DNA from: a virus
IMG/VR virus record: IMGVR_UViG_3300037459_000160
Location: 32,001-96,000 of that record
DNA length: 64,000 nucleotides
Reading direction: 5' to 3' (one strand)
The translations under genes and the position numbers were made by a program. Position 1 is the stretch's first letter. Each line of letters begins with the position of its first letter. Of this stretch, positions 39,545 to 49,388 are shown in pieces. The notes beneath the pieces were generated by a model. That model ran no database searches and was not told the DNA's origin. It saw only the letters and a program-made list of their open reading frames with translations.

Positions 39545-41411
39545 AGAAACGAAAACGGATACGGAATCGGAATCGGAAAATGTGGATTGGGAAGTGCCCG
39601 AAACTACCGAGCAAGTTATCCCGGTTAAAAAACTTCGGCTTGTAATGATCGGTGAGAGTTTTTCGATGCCCTCGGGATTCGGGCAACAAATGTTGCTGAT
39701 TGCCGAGGGGCTTTCGAGAAGGGGTTACGAAATTATCGTTGTAACCTCTCAAATTGGATTGCAAAAAATAGAAGTGCCCGGCGTCGTTGAGTGGGCATAC
39801 ACCGATATTTTCAATGCTGAAATGCTCGATTCAATCATACATAAACTCGCTCCCGATGTTGTGCTAGGGTTCTGGCATACGGGCTTTATCGGGAGCCTTA
39901 TGCAGTTGCGAGGCGTGGCGGCTAATTGCCCGTTTTTCTTCTGGCTCCCGTATGAGGGCAACACGCTACCTAAGGAATTTGCTTCGGTATTTCGCGGGAT
40001 GCCTCAAAACCGAACAATCCATTTGAGCAAGTTTGCCCAAAATTTATGGGCGGGTACTTGCGATTCTGATATTGTGATTCCGCACGGGGTTGATAACAAA
40101 GCGTTTTGTTTTGATCCCGCGTTTGGACCCGAGCAGAATTCAAAACTTCGGCGAAAGTGGGCCGAGCGGCTTCGGTTCCCTTTTTACGATGACACGTTTA
40201 TTGTGTTATGTCTGGATCGAAACATATGGCATAAGCGTTGGGATGCCGTACTTGATTATTGTTCACGACTTGAGAGGGCAATTGATAAGCCGGTACGGTT
40301 ACTTTGCCATGCTCGAAAAGTGCAACCGCAAGCCGAGGGGCACCCGCCCGGCTACGATATTCCTCATCTGGAAAAAGTGTTCAAGTTTGACAACAAGGTT
40401 GCATATACTGATTTTGAATGGCAACGCTCGTTAGAGCGAGAAGAATTGGCCGAGCTTTTGAGGATTTGTGATATTCGGATTACGTGTTCTCAAGGCGAGG
40501 GTTTCGGCATTCCAACGATTGAAGCGGCGGCCGTTGGTTGTTTGCAAGTCGTAAACAACCAAACGACAATGCCCGAGCTACTCGGGGCCGATAATCCTAT
40601 GTTGGTTGAATCGGCCATGACTGAGGATAAAGTTGGGAGCCTTTGGGCTATTCCCGATGTAAGGGAAATGGTTGATCGAACAATCTATTTCATTAACAAC
40701 CCGGTTGAGGCCCAACAGATAATTAAAGAGACCATTAAACACGTTGAGCAATTTGAGGGCGAGAAAGTTTGTCAACAGTTTGATACACTGTTTAGGCGGG
40801 CCGCCGAGTTGCCGAAAGGCGATGCTTGGTACACTTGCCGTTGGGGTATGCAAAACCAAGTGGATGCTCACAAGATTTTTAGGAACTTGGGAACGGTTAT
40901 TTCCAAGATCAAGCATAAACCGACAGTGTTAGACGTGGGGGCGTTTACGGGAACTTTCGTTGACGTTGCGGCCGAGTTTTCGTTGGGGATCGTTGGCATT
41001 GAGTGGGATGAAAAAGCGATACAGCGGGCAAGCTCGCGAGCCCGGATGTACATTAAACACCAAAGCCCAAAAGAAAATTGGCCGGCCGCTAACGTGGTCG
41101 TTTTGACTGATCAACTTGAGTTGCTTTATGAGTTGGGGGGCGTTGAGCTAATCGCCGAAACGGTTAAGCGACTTGCAACGTATCAATGGGCGTTAATTCG
41201 GTTCCGGCCGGCGTATAAGTGGGGCGTTCCGGTTGTGAATCCTGAAACCGTTAGAGGCCAACTTGAGGCGGCCGGAATGATTCGGCGGGAAGATATAGAA
41301 AACATCGGCAAGGAAATTACGGACGTATTTGAACATGAAGTTTGGCAGCCTAACGGGGTTGATTCAACATTGCCCGCCGAGCTTGCCAAATCAATGAAAG
41401 AGAGGGATTAG
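39531..41411 (+). CDS. GT4 glycosyltransferase fused to class I SAM methyltransferase
   Basis: SGFG, IPHGVD, RN..HKR, SQGEGFGIPTIEA; C-terminal VLDVGAFTG..GIE. Confidence 0.85.
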   Translation: MSTVEETKTDTESESENVDWEVPETTEQVIPVKKLRLVMIGESFSMPSGFGQQMLLIAEGLSRRGYEIIVVTSQIGLQKIEVPGVVEWAYTDIFNAEMLDSIIHKLAPDVVLGFWHTGFIGSLMQLRGVAANCPFFFWLPYEGNTLPKEFASVFRGMPQNRTIHLSKFAQNLWAGTCDSDIVIPHGVDNKAFCFDPAFGPEQNSKLRRKWAERLRFPFYDDTFIVLCLDRNIWHKRWDAVLDYCSRLERAIDKPVRLLCHARKVQPQAEGHPPGYDIPHLEKVFKFDNKVAYTDFEWQRSLEREELAELLRICDIRITCSQGEGFGIPTIEAAAVGCLQVVNNQTTMPELLGADNPMLVESAMTEDKVGSLWAIPDVREMVDRTIYFINNPVEAQQIIKETIKHVEQFEGEKVCQQFDTLFRRAAELPKGDAWYTCRWGMQNQVDAHKIFRNLGTVISKIKHKPTVLDVGAFTGTFVDVAAEFSLGIVGIEWDEKAIQRASSRARMYIKHQSPKENWPAANVVVLTDQLELLYELGGVELIAETVKRLATYQWALIRFRPAYKWGVPVVNPETVRGQLEAAGMIRREDIENIGKEITDVFEHEVWQPNGVDSTLPAELAKSMKERD

Positions 41412-43607
41412 ATGCCATTTCCGACCCCAACTCTTGATACCAATATTCTCTCATGGGATCAAACGTGTTCCATGAATTCGCCCTATTCGGCAACTATCCA
41501 AGTTACCAACGAAATCGGGCAGTACGATAAATCGTTACGTTGGACCCCCATTAGGATTCGATTGCAAACACCCAAGGTTATTTTGGGCGGTGTCTCGTTT
41601 GATGCGAGTTGCTTTGAGGGTGATGTTTCTTGGGTGTACGGTTTGATCATGGCCGTTGAGGAAATGGAGGGCATATCGTCAAAAATGGCAAATCTTTCGG
41701 TTCAATCCTTTTTTGCCCGGCTTGCCCGAAAGCCGGTTAATACTGAGGATTTTACCGGAATCGACATTAAAACCATCTTGGAAACCGTGGCCGAGGTTTA
41801 CAGCGGTACGCCCCCCGAGTTGTTTGTATTTGAGGATTGCGGCTCGGGCTCAATTTGTGGCGGTCTTTCGGGGAATAACTTGTTGGAGGAAATGAGACTT
41901 GTTGCCCAAGCAGGTAAGGCAACGTTGTTCACTCGGCATGATGGTTTTTTGGTTTCTGAGTGTTGGAAGGATGAGAGCGACCCGGTAGAAATAGAATTGC
42001 CCGATGAGGCGATTTTGTCCGCGAGTTTAACGCGAGGTACCGAAATGGGGCCGACGCGGATCAAAATTCGTGGTTGCTTTGAAACCCAACTGAAGCAGGG
42101 CGAGCAGGAGTTTGGCGACGACCAGAAACAAGACCCGGCCGGCTCTAAGGGCGGAAAAGGCGGAAAGGGGAAAACGGGCCGAGGTAAGGGTAAGCAAACC
42201 ATTTGCACCCGAAACGGAATCAATCAACGGGATTTGTGTGCGGCGATTAAAAATCTCAAGGGCAACAAGGGGGATAATAAGAACGCCGATATAGAAATAT
42301 TCAACGGGGCGGGTGGGGAAACCTATCAACAAACAAACGAAACTACCGATGGGGAACTTAATATTACGATCGGGGGCCCCGAAACGGGCGGGCCCGGTGT
42401 TCCCGATTATATGGGGCAGGGGGATTCCGAATTTGACGTTGAGGTTACGGGCAGATTTCAACCCGATATTGAGATTGAGAATCCAGGGGCTCAACAAGGG
42501 CCGTTGCCCGGCAATCAAGCTCAACTCGGAAAAGGCGGGGTAATGATTCCAGCCTTTACGATGCCGAAAGGCCCGAGACCGGGCGGGGGCCGCCGAGCGA
42601 TCGGGGGCGGTTTTTTGCCGGGGGGTGCGGGGAATTCTCTCGCGGGTACCGGGCTACGGGGTACGGGCTTAAACTCGGCCCTCGGGGGTGCGGGCGGTGG
42701 GGGCGGTGGAAGTGGCGGTGCCGGGGCCGGGCCGGCTGGCGGAAAGGGCGTTGTTGGGGGTGGGGGGAATAATTCTAACGACAAACACGCGGACGAATCT
42801 GAGGAAATTCAAATTGAGATAACCGTTGACGACCCGGATTTACAAGACGAATTCGGGGTTGTCTATGAACAAATGGAGAACAAGTACGTTGAGGACAGGT
42901 TACGGCTTGAGGAAATCGCAATCCGTAGATTCCAAGAATTCAAAATGAAAAGGAACGCTTGGAATCTTGATATTGCGTACATGCCGTGTTTACGGCTCAA
43001 TCAAGTTGTTAGGTTCCGCACGCCGGCAACGATTGACCCAACCGACCTTACAACCGTTATCCAAAAGACGGTTACCGGCCTGTTAACGTCGATCAATGTT
43101 AACTTTGATCCGAATGTACCGGCCGCGAGTATGAGTATTGTTATTGAGAGCTTTGAGGAAATTGGGGCAACGATTTACACAAGCCAGGGCGATTTGTTCG
43201 GGTTCCGAAAACGGCTCGGTATTGATGGCGTTAGGTGGAAAACTAACGCGGTGGCGAAAGCGATTAAGAGCGTTGACGGATTGACAATTTTTGAGGGGGC
43301 GGCCGTTGGTGATCGGCTTGAGCAAACTTGCAATTTGCGGGCGGGCGAAACGTACACGTTGAGAGCGTTTGGCGAACAGGACGGGTTAGCCGGTCTTTTG
43401 AAACTTGAGGCGTTTGATGTTGGAACGGCAACCCTTATTAGTTCGGCTACGGTTGGTCTCGGCACGGGTGGCTCGCCGGCCTCGGGTTCCCATTCATTCG
43501 TTGCCGTTGGGGGTGATACCCGAATACGGATTGAGCTTGATACAAAGGGCAGTTCTGATTATTGGCGAGTTGAGGATTGGACGTTGAAACGGATAGTTAC
43601 AAAGTAA
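41412..43607 (+). CDS. baseplate hub/tail tip protein with Gly-rich insertion
   Basis: hub-like pattern (LF..HDG.L, EFG......ENKY, MP.L.L.QVV); C-terminal beta domain. Confidence 0.65.
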   Translation: MPFPTPTLDTNILSWDQTCSMNSPYSATIQVTNEIGQYDKSLRWTPIRIRLQTPKVILGGVSFDASCFEGDVSWVYGLIMAVEEMEGISSKMANLSVQSFFARLARKPVNTEDFTGIDIKTILETVAEVYSGTPPELFVFEDCGSGSICGGLSGNNLLEEMRLVAQAGKATLFTRHDGFLVSECWKDESDPVEIELPDEAILSASLTRGTEMGPTRIKIRGCFETQLKQGEQEFGDDQKQDPAGSKGGKGGKGKTGRGKGKQTICTRNGINQRDLCAAIKNLKGNKGDNKNADIEIFNGAGGETYQQTNETTDGELNITIGGPETGGPGVPDYMGQGDSEFDVEVTGRFQPDIEIENPGAQQGPLPGNQAQLGKGGVMIPAFTMPKGPRPGGGRRAIGGGFLPGGAGNSLAGTGLRGTGLNSALGGAGGGGGGSGGAGAGPAGGKGVVGGGGNNSNDKHADESEEIQIEITVDDPDLQDEFGVVYEQMENKYVEDRLRLEEIAIRRFQEFKMKRNAWNLDIAYMPCLRLNQVVRFRTPATIDPTDLTTVIQKTVTGLLTSINVNFDPNVPAASMSIVIESFEEIGATIYTSQGDLFGFRKRLGIDGVRWKTNAVAKAIKSVDGLTIFEGAAVGDRLEQTCNLRAGETYTLRAFGEQDGLAGLLKLEAFDVGTATLISSATVGLGTGGSPASGSHSFVAVGGDTRIRIELDTKGSSDYWRVEDWTLKRIVTK

Positions 43608-43648
43608 AACATGCTTTGAGATTTCGCCCAATGTGATAAGCTCGCCTC

Positions 43649-44491
43649 ATGGATACGAACCTTGCCGGATTCTTAACCGCTCCCCAATTCCGTACAGCCT
43701 CGCGGGATGCGGCGTTTTGCTATCTGCTAATGAGGGCAGATATTGCCCTAAGTGAAACTCAAGTTTCGCGGGCTTTCAAAGAACGTTCCGAGCTTGTATC
43801 CGGTTTAAGTGTTTCAACCATTGCCGAACGTGCGGGGCTCCCCGAGATTACCGCCCGGCGTTGCGTTGATGAGCTTGTACGGGCCGGTTGGGCTCAATCG
43901 GTAAACTTGACCGGGGGCGACGTTGCGTATCGTCTAGGCGTAATTCAGGGCGGTCAAGAGGGGTACTACGCTTACGGGGTGCAACCGGGTTCGCCCCGAG
44001 CGAGCGACAGCATACGCGAACACTTGGGAAAGTGTAAAGAGGAAATCGCCGGGCTTGAATCCCAACAGCGGGCCGAATCCCGTAAGCGAACAAATAAACC
44101 CCGTGAGCCCGTTAAGAATGACCGTAACGAATTTATTGAACGGTTTCAAGCTGAATACGAAAAGCGATATGGTGAGATCCCAACCGGGTTTGATACTGGA
44201 AATTTCGGGAAACCCTCGGGTAAAATTTATGCTAACGCTTCCCAAGTAATTGAACACGCGGGGGATTTGAATAAAGCGACCGAAGTTATGCAATTCGTTT
44301 TTGAAAATTGGTTGGGATTGCAACAGGCATACGGATTCGGGGGTACGCCCGGTATAGGGTTAATGGCTCACCCGAATTCGTTTGCTTTGTTTCTTGATTG
44401 TCTGAGGGGCGGGATTAAGAAAACTCAAAAGGGTATTGGGCAACGGGGGCAAGGCGTTGATTGGGAGGGTGTTGCAAATGAATACGAATAA
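43649..44491 (+). CDS. putative replication initiator (N-terminal winged HTH)
   Basis: LSVSTIAERAGLPEITARRCVDELVRAGW; precedes DnaC-like ATPase. Confidence 0.6.
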   Translation: MDTNLAGFLTAPQFRTASRDAAFCYLLMRADIALSETQVSRAFKERSELVSGLSVSTIAERAGLPEITARRCVDELVRAGWAQSVNLTGGDVAYRLGVIQGGQEGYYAYGVQPGSPRASDSIREHLGKCKEEIAGLESQQRAESRKRTNKPREPVKNDRNEFIERFQAEYEKRYGEIPTGFDTGNFGKPSGKIYANASQVIEHAGDLNKATEVMQFVFENWLGLQQAYGFGGTPGIGLMAHPNSFALFLDCLRGGIKKTQKGIGQRGQGVDWEGVANEYE

Positions 44492-45056
44492 ACTTTTGCA
44501 GCATTTGACAATTCCTCGCGTTCATTGGGATGCGAGACTTGCCGAGATTCCGGGCACTTGCCCGCATTTGCCTAGTGTTACCGATTGGGTTGAGAACGTA
44601 GCGACCCGAGTTAATCAGCCCTTTGGTTTGTTACTACTGGGTGAGCCCTCAATGGGTAAATCGGCGATTGCGGCTATCTGCTTAAAGGCGGCAGCCTCAC
44701 GGGGAATTTTCGGGTATTGGGTTAATCATCGGCAATTGCCGGCCCAACGAATTAACAATCAACCTTTTGACGAAAACCAAACCATTTGGGAAAGGGCTTG
44801 TTCGGTTCCCCTCTTGATAATTGATGAGGTACAACTTATTCGCGAAGCGTACACCGAACAAATCCTTGAGGAATTGGTAAGGATTCGGATTGATGAAAGA
44901 CTTTGCACGATTTTAACAAGCAATCACTCACCCGATGATTTCAAAACCAAATGGCCGACGTTGTTTGCCGCGTTGGATGAGGCCGTAAAAATCGTTGTTG
45001 TTCGTGGCCATAACTTTCGTAAGGAAATCGCAAAGGAAATCAAGGAACTTAAGTAA
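44478..45056 (+). CDS. DnaC/IstB-like helicase loader ATPase
   Basis: GLLLLGEPSMGKS, LLIIDEV, TILTSN. Confidence 0.85.
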   Translation: MNTNKLLQHLTIPRVHWDARLAEIPGTCPHLPSVTDWVENVATRVNQPFGLLLLGEPSMGKSAIAAICLKAAASRGIFGYWVNHRQLPAQRINNQPFDENQTIWERACSVPLLIIDEVQLIREAYTEQILEELVRIRIDERLCTILTSNHSPDDFKTKWPTLFAALDEAVKIVVVRGHNFRKEIAKEIKELK

Positions 45057-46313
45057 ATGGATTTGTTGGGCAAGAGGCTCGTACGTTCGTTGACAGTTGA
45101 GCACGACCTTTCGGCATTGACGCGGGCCGGGGTTACCGAGGCCGATATTTTTGATGATGGCCGGGTTGCCTTTGACTGGATGCTTGGCTTTGTCCGATCA
45201 ACCGGCAATTGGCCGACAGGAAAACAGGTTGAGGAAAATACAAAAGTTGAGTTGCCCGATGTTCTTGACAAATTGGAATACGTTACTGATTTGGTAAGGA
45301 AACGGAGCCTTGCCAAGCAAATCGAGCAAACCCTAACTAGCGGCGTATTAACGAATCTTGAAAATCGTAATCCCGATGAGGCTTTAAGGCTTGCGGGGGA
45401 AATGGTTCAAAGATTACGACCGAGAACCAAAGCGGCCCGAGTTAGCCGGTATCGTGAGGGCGGATTGGCCCGAGTTGAGGCGTATCGCGAGTTGCGGGCA
45501 CAAGGCGGTCTGTTAGGGCTCCCGACTCCTTGGAAAACATTAAATGAGGCAATTCAAGGATGGGTAAACGGTACGTTTAATGTGATAACCGCGATGCAAA
45601 GTACCGGCAAAACTTGGATTTGTTGCGTTATTGCCGAACATGCGTTGAGTCTCGGGGCCAAGGTTTTGTTCATTACTTTGGAAATGGCAACCGCCCGAGT
45701 TGAACGGCGGATTGATGCGTTGAGGCACAAAATACCGTGGGATGAATTGAGGGACACAACTATTGATCTTTTTGGCGAATTGCGTTGGGAGGGTTTGGCC
45801 ATAAACGATATCCATGGCAAAGGCGATATTTTGATTGCTGATAAGCAACTTGTAAAATACGTGAGCGATGCAACAGCCCTTGTGATGGATTATAAACCCG
45901 ATTTGATTGTGATTGATGGGGGTTACCGATTTCAAACAAAGGGGGGCTCCCCGGGGGCGTGGGAATCAACGGTTGCGATCGTTAATGAGTTGCAAGATAC
46001 GAGCGAGGCAACCGGTATACCTTGGGTCGTTACGACGCAACAGGGCGAGGGCGGGGATAAACTCGATAATCAAAAACGGGCGTACAAAGTGCGGTACGGC
46101 AAAGAATGGGTAATCAATCCCGATAATGTAATTGAGGCTTTTCAAGACGGCGACTTGAGATTACTTGGGCAAATGGAATTGCGGACCCTTAAGATACGCG
46201 AGGCAGCGGGCGAGCGAGATTCCGAGGGGTTCCGAATTTTTTGGGATCACAAGAATATGAGCTTTGGGGAAGTGCCCCCGATGACCGATGCGAGCGTTGG
46301 AGTTTCCTACTAA
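45057..46313 (+). CDS. DnaB-like replicative helicase
   Basis: GLPTPW..LN, AMQSTGKT, FITLEM, LIVIDG. Confidence 0.9.
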   Translation: MDLLGKRLVRSLTVEHDLSALTRAGVTEADIFDDGRVAFDWMLGFVRSTGNWPTGKQVEENTKVELPDVLDKLEYVTDLVRKRSLAKQIEQTLTSGVLTNLENRNPDEALRLAGEMVQRLRPRTKAARVSRYREGGLARVEAYRELRAQGGLLGLPTPWKTLNEAIQGWVNGTFNVITAMQSTGKTWICCVIAEHALSLGAKVLFITLEMATARVERRIDALRHKIPWDELRDTTIDLFGELRWEGLAINDIHGKGDILIADKQLVKYVSDATALVMDYKPDLIVIDGGYRFQTKGGSPGAWESTVAIVNELQDTSEATGIPWVVTTQQGEGGDKLDNQKRAYKVRYGKEWVINPDNVIEAFQDGDLRLLGQMELRTLKIREAAGERDSEGFRIFWDHKNMSFGEVPPMTDASVGVSY

Positions 46314-46672
46314 TGCTTGAGGCTTTGAAAACGTGGGCCAATACCGGGGCGTATGATGATGCCGAACCTTTGCAAATTCAACGGTTAAGGCTTGAGGATG
46401 GGGATACGGTAATTTTGCGGGTGCCGGGCAACGTGAGTCAATTGAGACAAAAGAATTTTACTAAGGTTGGGAACCAACTTCACGAATTGTTAGGTTGCCC
46501 GGTTCTCATAATTCAGAATGATATTGACATTTCAAGAATTACCCGAGAGCAAAGGAAAGTGATACATGAGGCCCTCGGATCAAATACGACGGGCCCTAAA
46601 CTCGCCCAAGGAATCAAAACCTTTAATCAAGCCCTCGGAAACTTTAAGGCATCTTATGGGGGCAGAAAATGA
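46313..46672 (+). CDS. hypothetical protein
   Basis: TAATG coupling with helicase stop. Confidence 0.6.
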   Translation: MLEALKTWANTGAYDDAEPLQIQRLRLEDGDTVILRVPGNVSQLRQKNFTKVGNQLHELLGCPVLIIQNDIDISRITREQRKVIHEALGSNTTGPKLAQGIKTFNQALGNFKASYGGRK

Positions 46673-46985
46673 GTTACCCGTTGGGGCACACAATGAGGGT
46701 GGTTGTATTGTTCGGCGTTTGGGTGACGCAAAGGTAAGGCAAAGAGTCTACAAAGCGAATCAACCAAAAGATAGGGCAATAATTCGCCGACTTGTGTTGA
46801 GGCATACGGACGGGCCGACGAAACACCCGGCGAGTTTAGGGTTGGCGGCTTACGGCAAGGGAATGCCCGAGGCTGCGAACCCGTTTAATCAATCAACTGA
46901 TTTTGAAACGTGGTTGGATTGGTTTGCGGGTTGGCATTATGCGAGGCGAGCAGCGGGAAACCACATTGAGGGAGATTGCATTTGA
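46656..46985 (+). CDS. hypothetical protein with C-terminal Rmf/CrpP-like motif (start uncertain)
   Basis: G..AY.KG.P...NPF........W..GW. Confidence 0.5.
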   Translation: MGAENELPVGAHNEGGCIVRRLGDAKVRQRVYKANQPKDRAIIRRLVLRHTDGPTKHPASLGLAAYGKGMPEAANPFNQSTDFETWLDWFAGWHYARRAAGNHIEGDCI

Positions 46986-47002
46986 TGATGTATTGCTTGA
47001 GG

Positions 47003-47206
47003 ATGGCTGAAATAATGGCAGAGTTAAAGGTGTTGGCGGAAGAGAACCTTAACACACTTAAACAAAACCGATTCAAAGATCCCGAGGATAGTATACGTAT
47101 GCATGGAAGGATAGACCGTATCAATGAACTCATGAAGTCCATGAACCACGCTTGGGAATATATCCCCGGTGAGTGGGATGATGAGAAGAAACGGCACAAC
47201 AAGTGA
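47003..47206 (+). CDS. hypothetical protein
   Basis: helical small ORF before primase. Confidence 0.5.
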   Translation: MAEIMAELKVLAEENLNTLKQNRFKDPEDSIRMHGRIDRINELMKSMNHAWEYIPGEWDDEKKRHNK

Positions 47207-47212
47207 TTTCAC

Positions 47213-48202
47213 ATGCACTTTGACCAACTCAAAATTGTGCTGGCAAAGCTCGGCGTTAATACCGAGAACCTTTATCCTAGCTCGCCCGAGCAAGTGCAAA
47301 TTTGTTGTCCTCTCGCCCCGTGGTTGCATAAATCCAAAACGGACAAACACCCGAGTTTGTCAATTAAATTCGGGGAGCCCCCGACGTTGTACAAATGTTT
47401 CGCGTGCCATGAGGGCGGTAAACTTTGGCAACTTGTTGATTCGTACGGGTACCTCGCCAAAAAGCCAGCGTTGCGGCAACTCGCGGGAACCCTCGCGGCA
47501 ACCGATGAGCCAAGCATTACCTCGCGGTTGGAAACTATTGCCGAGAGTTTCGACGAATGGGTATTTGAAAAAGGGCGTACCATACCAAGCCGTTTACACG
47601 ATTCGATTCTTAATAACTTTCCCCCGGCGTGGGGATTTCCCCGAGCCCGAACTTATTTGCAACGGCGACGGGTTACGCTTGAAATGAGCGAGTATTGGGA
47701 TTTGAGATACGATCCTAAAAACGCTCGTATCATGTTTCCGGTTCGCAATAGGGAAGGCGATTTAATCGGCGGGGTTGGGCGAACAACGTTGCCCGGTTTT
47801 GAGCCTAGGTATTTTAATTATTTTGGTTTCTCGGCCGCAAGTACCCTTGGCGGTGTTAGTCACTTTGCCCCGTCCCTTAGGATTGGCGTTGCCGAGGGGT
47901 TTTTTGACTTGATCAATTGCCATGCGTGGGCCCGTTCGCATGGCATTGATTTATCGTGTACGTGGAAAGCGGAAACCTCGCCCGAGCAATGCGAGCTTTT
48001 GTTGTCGTACGATCGGCCTTTGATTTACTTCTACGATTTTGATGAGGCGGGCAACAAAGGTTGGGCGAAAGCAAAACAGGCAATGAGTAAAGTTGCGTTT
48101 GGAATGAGGCGGGCAAAATGGCAAAACGATTCCCTTGACTTAGGCGGCATGGATCAACTAGAATTTGGGCTCGCGGTTTCGGCTGCAAAATTGGGCTCGT
48201 AA
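47213..48202 (+). CDS. DnaG-like DNA primase
   Basis: CP...H...D..PS....CFAC Zn finger; RIMFP, AEGFFD, YDFDEAG TOPRIM. Confidence 0.9.
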   Translation: MHFDQLKIVLAKLGVNTENLYPSSPEQVQICCPLAPWLHKSKTDKHPSLSIKFGEPPTLYKCFACHEGGKLWQLVDSYGYLAKKPALRQLAGTLAATDEPSITSRLETIAESFDEWVFEKGRTIPSRLHDSILNNFPPAWGFPRARTYLQRRRVTLEMSEYWDLRYDPKNARIMFPVRNREGDLIGGVGRTTLPGFEPRYFNYFGFSAASTLGGVSHFAPSLRIGVAEGFFDLINCHAWARSHGIDLSCTWKAETSPEQCELLLSYDRPLIYFYDFDEAGNKGWAKAKQAMSKVAFGMRRAKWQNDSLDLGGMDQLEFGLAVSAAKLGS

Positions 48203-48245
48203 CGAGCATTGTAACCCCATAGTATCTTTTGGAAAGGCTAGTATT

Positions 48246-49304
48246 ATGACAGACGCGATACCCCCGTGGGCACAATCGGAAACGCCAGCACAACAGCCGG
48301 CAGCACAACAACCGGCACAACAGCCGGCACAACAGCCCGTCCCGGCTCCTCAACAGCCGGCACAAGCCCCGCCCGTTACTAATCCGGCGACAACAGGGCC
48401 CATTAACCCGGCTCCACAAGTGGCCCCACAAGCGGTAGCCCCGACAACGGTTGCCACACAACCGGCCCCGGCTTTCCAACCCCCCGCCAATCCAGCCGTA
48501 CAAGCCGCCCCGCCCGCCGTGGCGGCTCCCGCGACGGTTGCCCCGGTGCAAACGGCTCCCGCCAATCCGGCCCCGCAAATGGTTGCACAAGCGGCCCCGG
48601 CAGCGGCCCCGCCCATACATCCGGCTGAGAGCTTTCTTGGCCCCGGTGGACTCGGGGGAGATTTGGAACAAGACCCAAGCACGGGAGGGGGCAGCGGCAT
48701 ACGGTTATGGTTGCCCAAGTCAACCGCCCGGTACATCGTTTTCCTTACGGAAGGCGATAAAGCCCCGTTGTTATGGGAACACCAAGTTAAGCTCGGCGAG
48801 GGGCAAGGGAAGTTTCAAAATTGGATTTCGTGTTTACAGCCCCTCGGTGTCGCTTGCCCAATGTGTCAATTCGCTGAAAGCCACGATGGGACATATCGCC
48901 GATACAAAGGCGTTGTGTTTACCATTGTGGATTGCAATGAGTACACCGACAAGGCCGGCGTTAAGCAATCAATGCAACGCAAATTGTTGGTTGCCAAGAA
49001 AGGCGTTGCCGAGCGGCTCAAACTTCGGTATCAATCTTGCCTTGAGAGGGGGCACGGCTTGCGGGGTGCGATGTTCAAAGTACACCGAACTAACGACGCG
49101 AAAAGCTCGGCCGTTGGCGATGATTTTGAGTATCATTCCAACATTGACTTAAACAGTTTGCCGGAATCTCAAGAGCTTGATTACGCCGAATTGTTATCAC
49201 CGAGTGTTGACAAAATGAACGCTTGGGTTCATCGGATTACGCAAGAACTTGGCGGGGGCGTTGCCCCAACAGGGGGAGCGACGGGCCCCGGTGTACAGTA
49301 TTGA
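48246..49304 (+). CDS. single-stranded DNA-binding protein (gp32-like) with Pro/Ala/Gln-rich N-terminal extension
   Basis: EH..C......CPMC, F.IVD, F.V.R...S..GD.FE; ~125-aa QQPA/PA region. Confidence 0.7.
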   Translation: MTDAIPPWAQSETPAQQPAAQQPAQQPAQQPVPAPQQPAQAPPVTNPATTGPINPAPQVAPQAVAPTTVATQPAPAFQPPANPAVQAAPPAVAAPATVAPVQTAPANPAPQMVAQAAPAAAPPIHPAESFLGPGGLGGDLEQDPSTGGGSGIRLWLPKSTARYIVFLTEGDKAPLLWEHQVKLGEGQGKFQNWISCLQPLGVACPMCQFAESHDGTYRRYKGVVFTIVDCNEYTDKAGVKQSMQRKLLVAKKGVAERLKLRYQSCLERGHGLRGAMFKVHRTNDAKSSAVGDDFEYHSNIDLNSLPESQELDYAELLSPSVDKMNAWVHRITQELGGGVAPTGGATGPGVQY

Positions 49305-49324
49305 CCGCCTGGCTATGGACGCGG

Positions 49325-49370
49325 GCCCCGAGGTTCCTGGTTGTGAAACCGGGTTCACTCGGGGTTTTTA
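49325..49370 (+). terminator. terminator-like hairpin containing 16-bp motif copy 6 (49343-49358, reverse)
   Basis: CCCCGAG..CCTGGTT-gtga-AACCGGG..CTCGGGG then T5. Confidence 0.7.
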
Positions 49371-49388
49371 ACCTTTGAGGGGGCGTTA

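Noticed and set aside
34650-43607. Diversity-generating retroelement targeting the tail fibre
   Set aside because: No reverse transcriptase and no TR/VR repeat pair noticed
43649-44491. Iteron origin inside the initiator gene
   Set aside because: Only a two-copy GAGCTTGTA match was seen; no convincing iteron array
16481-49358. Oppositely oriented motif copies as invertible-segment recombination sites
   Set aside because: No recombinase recognised, and inversion would break the uniform + strand gene order; not fully excluded
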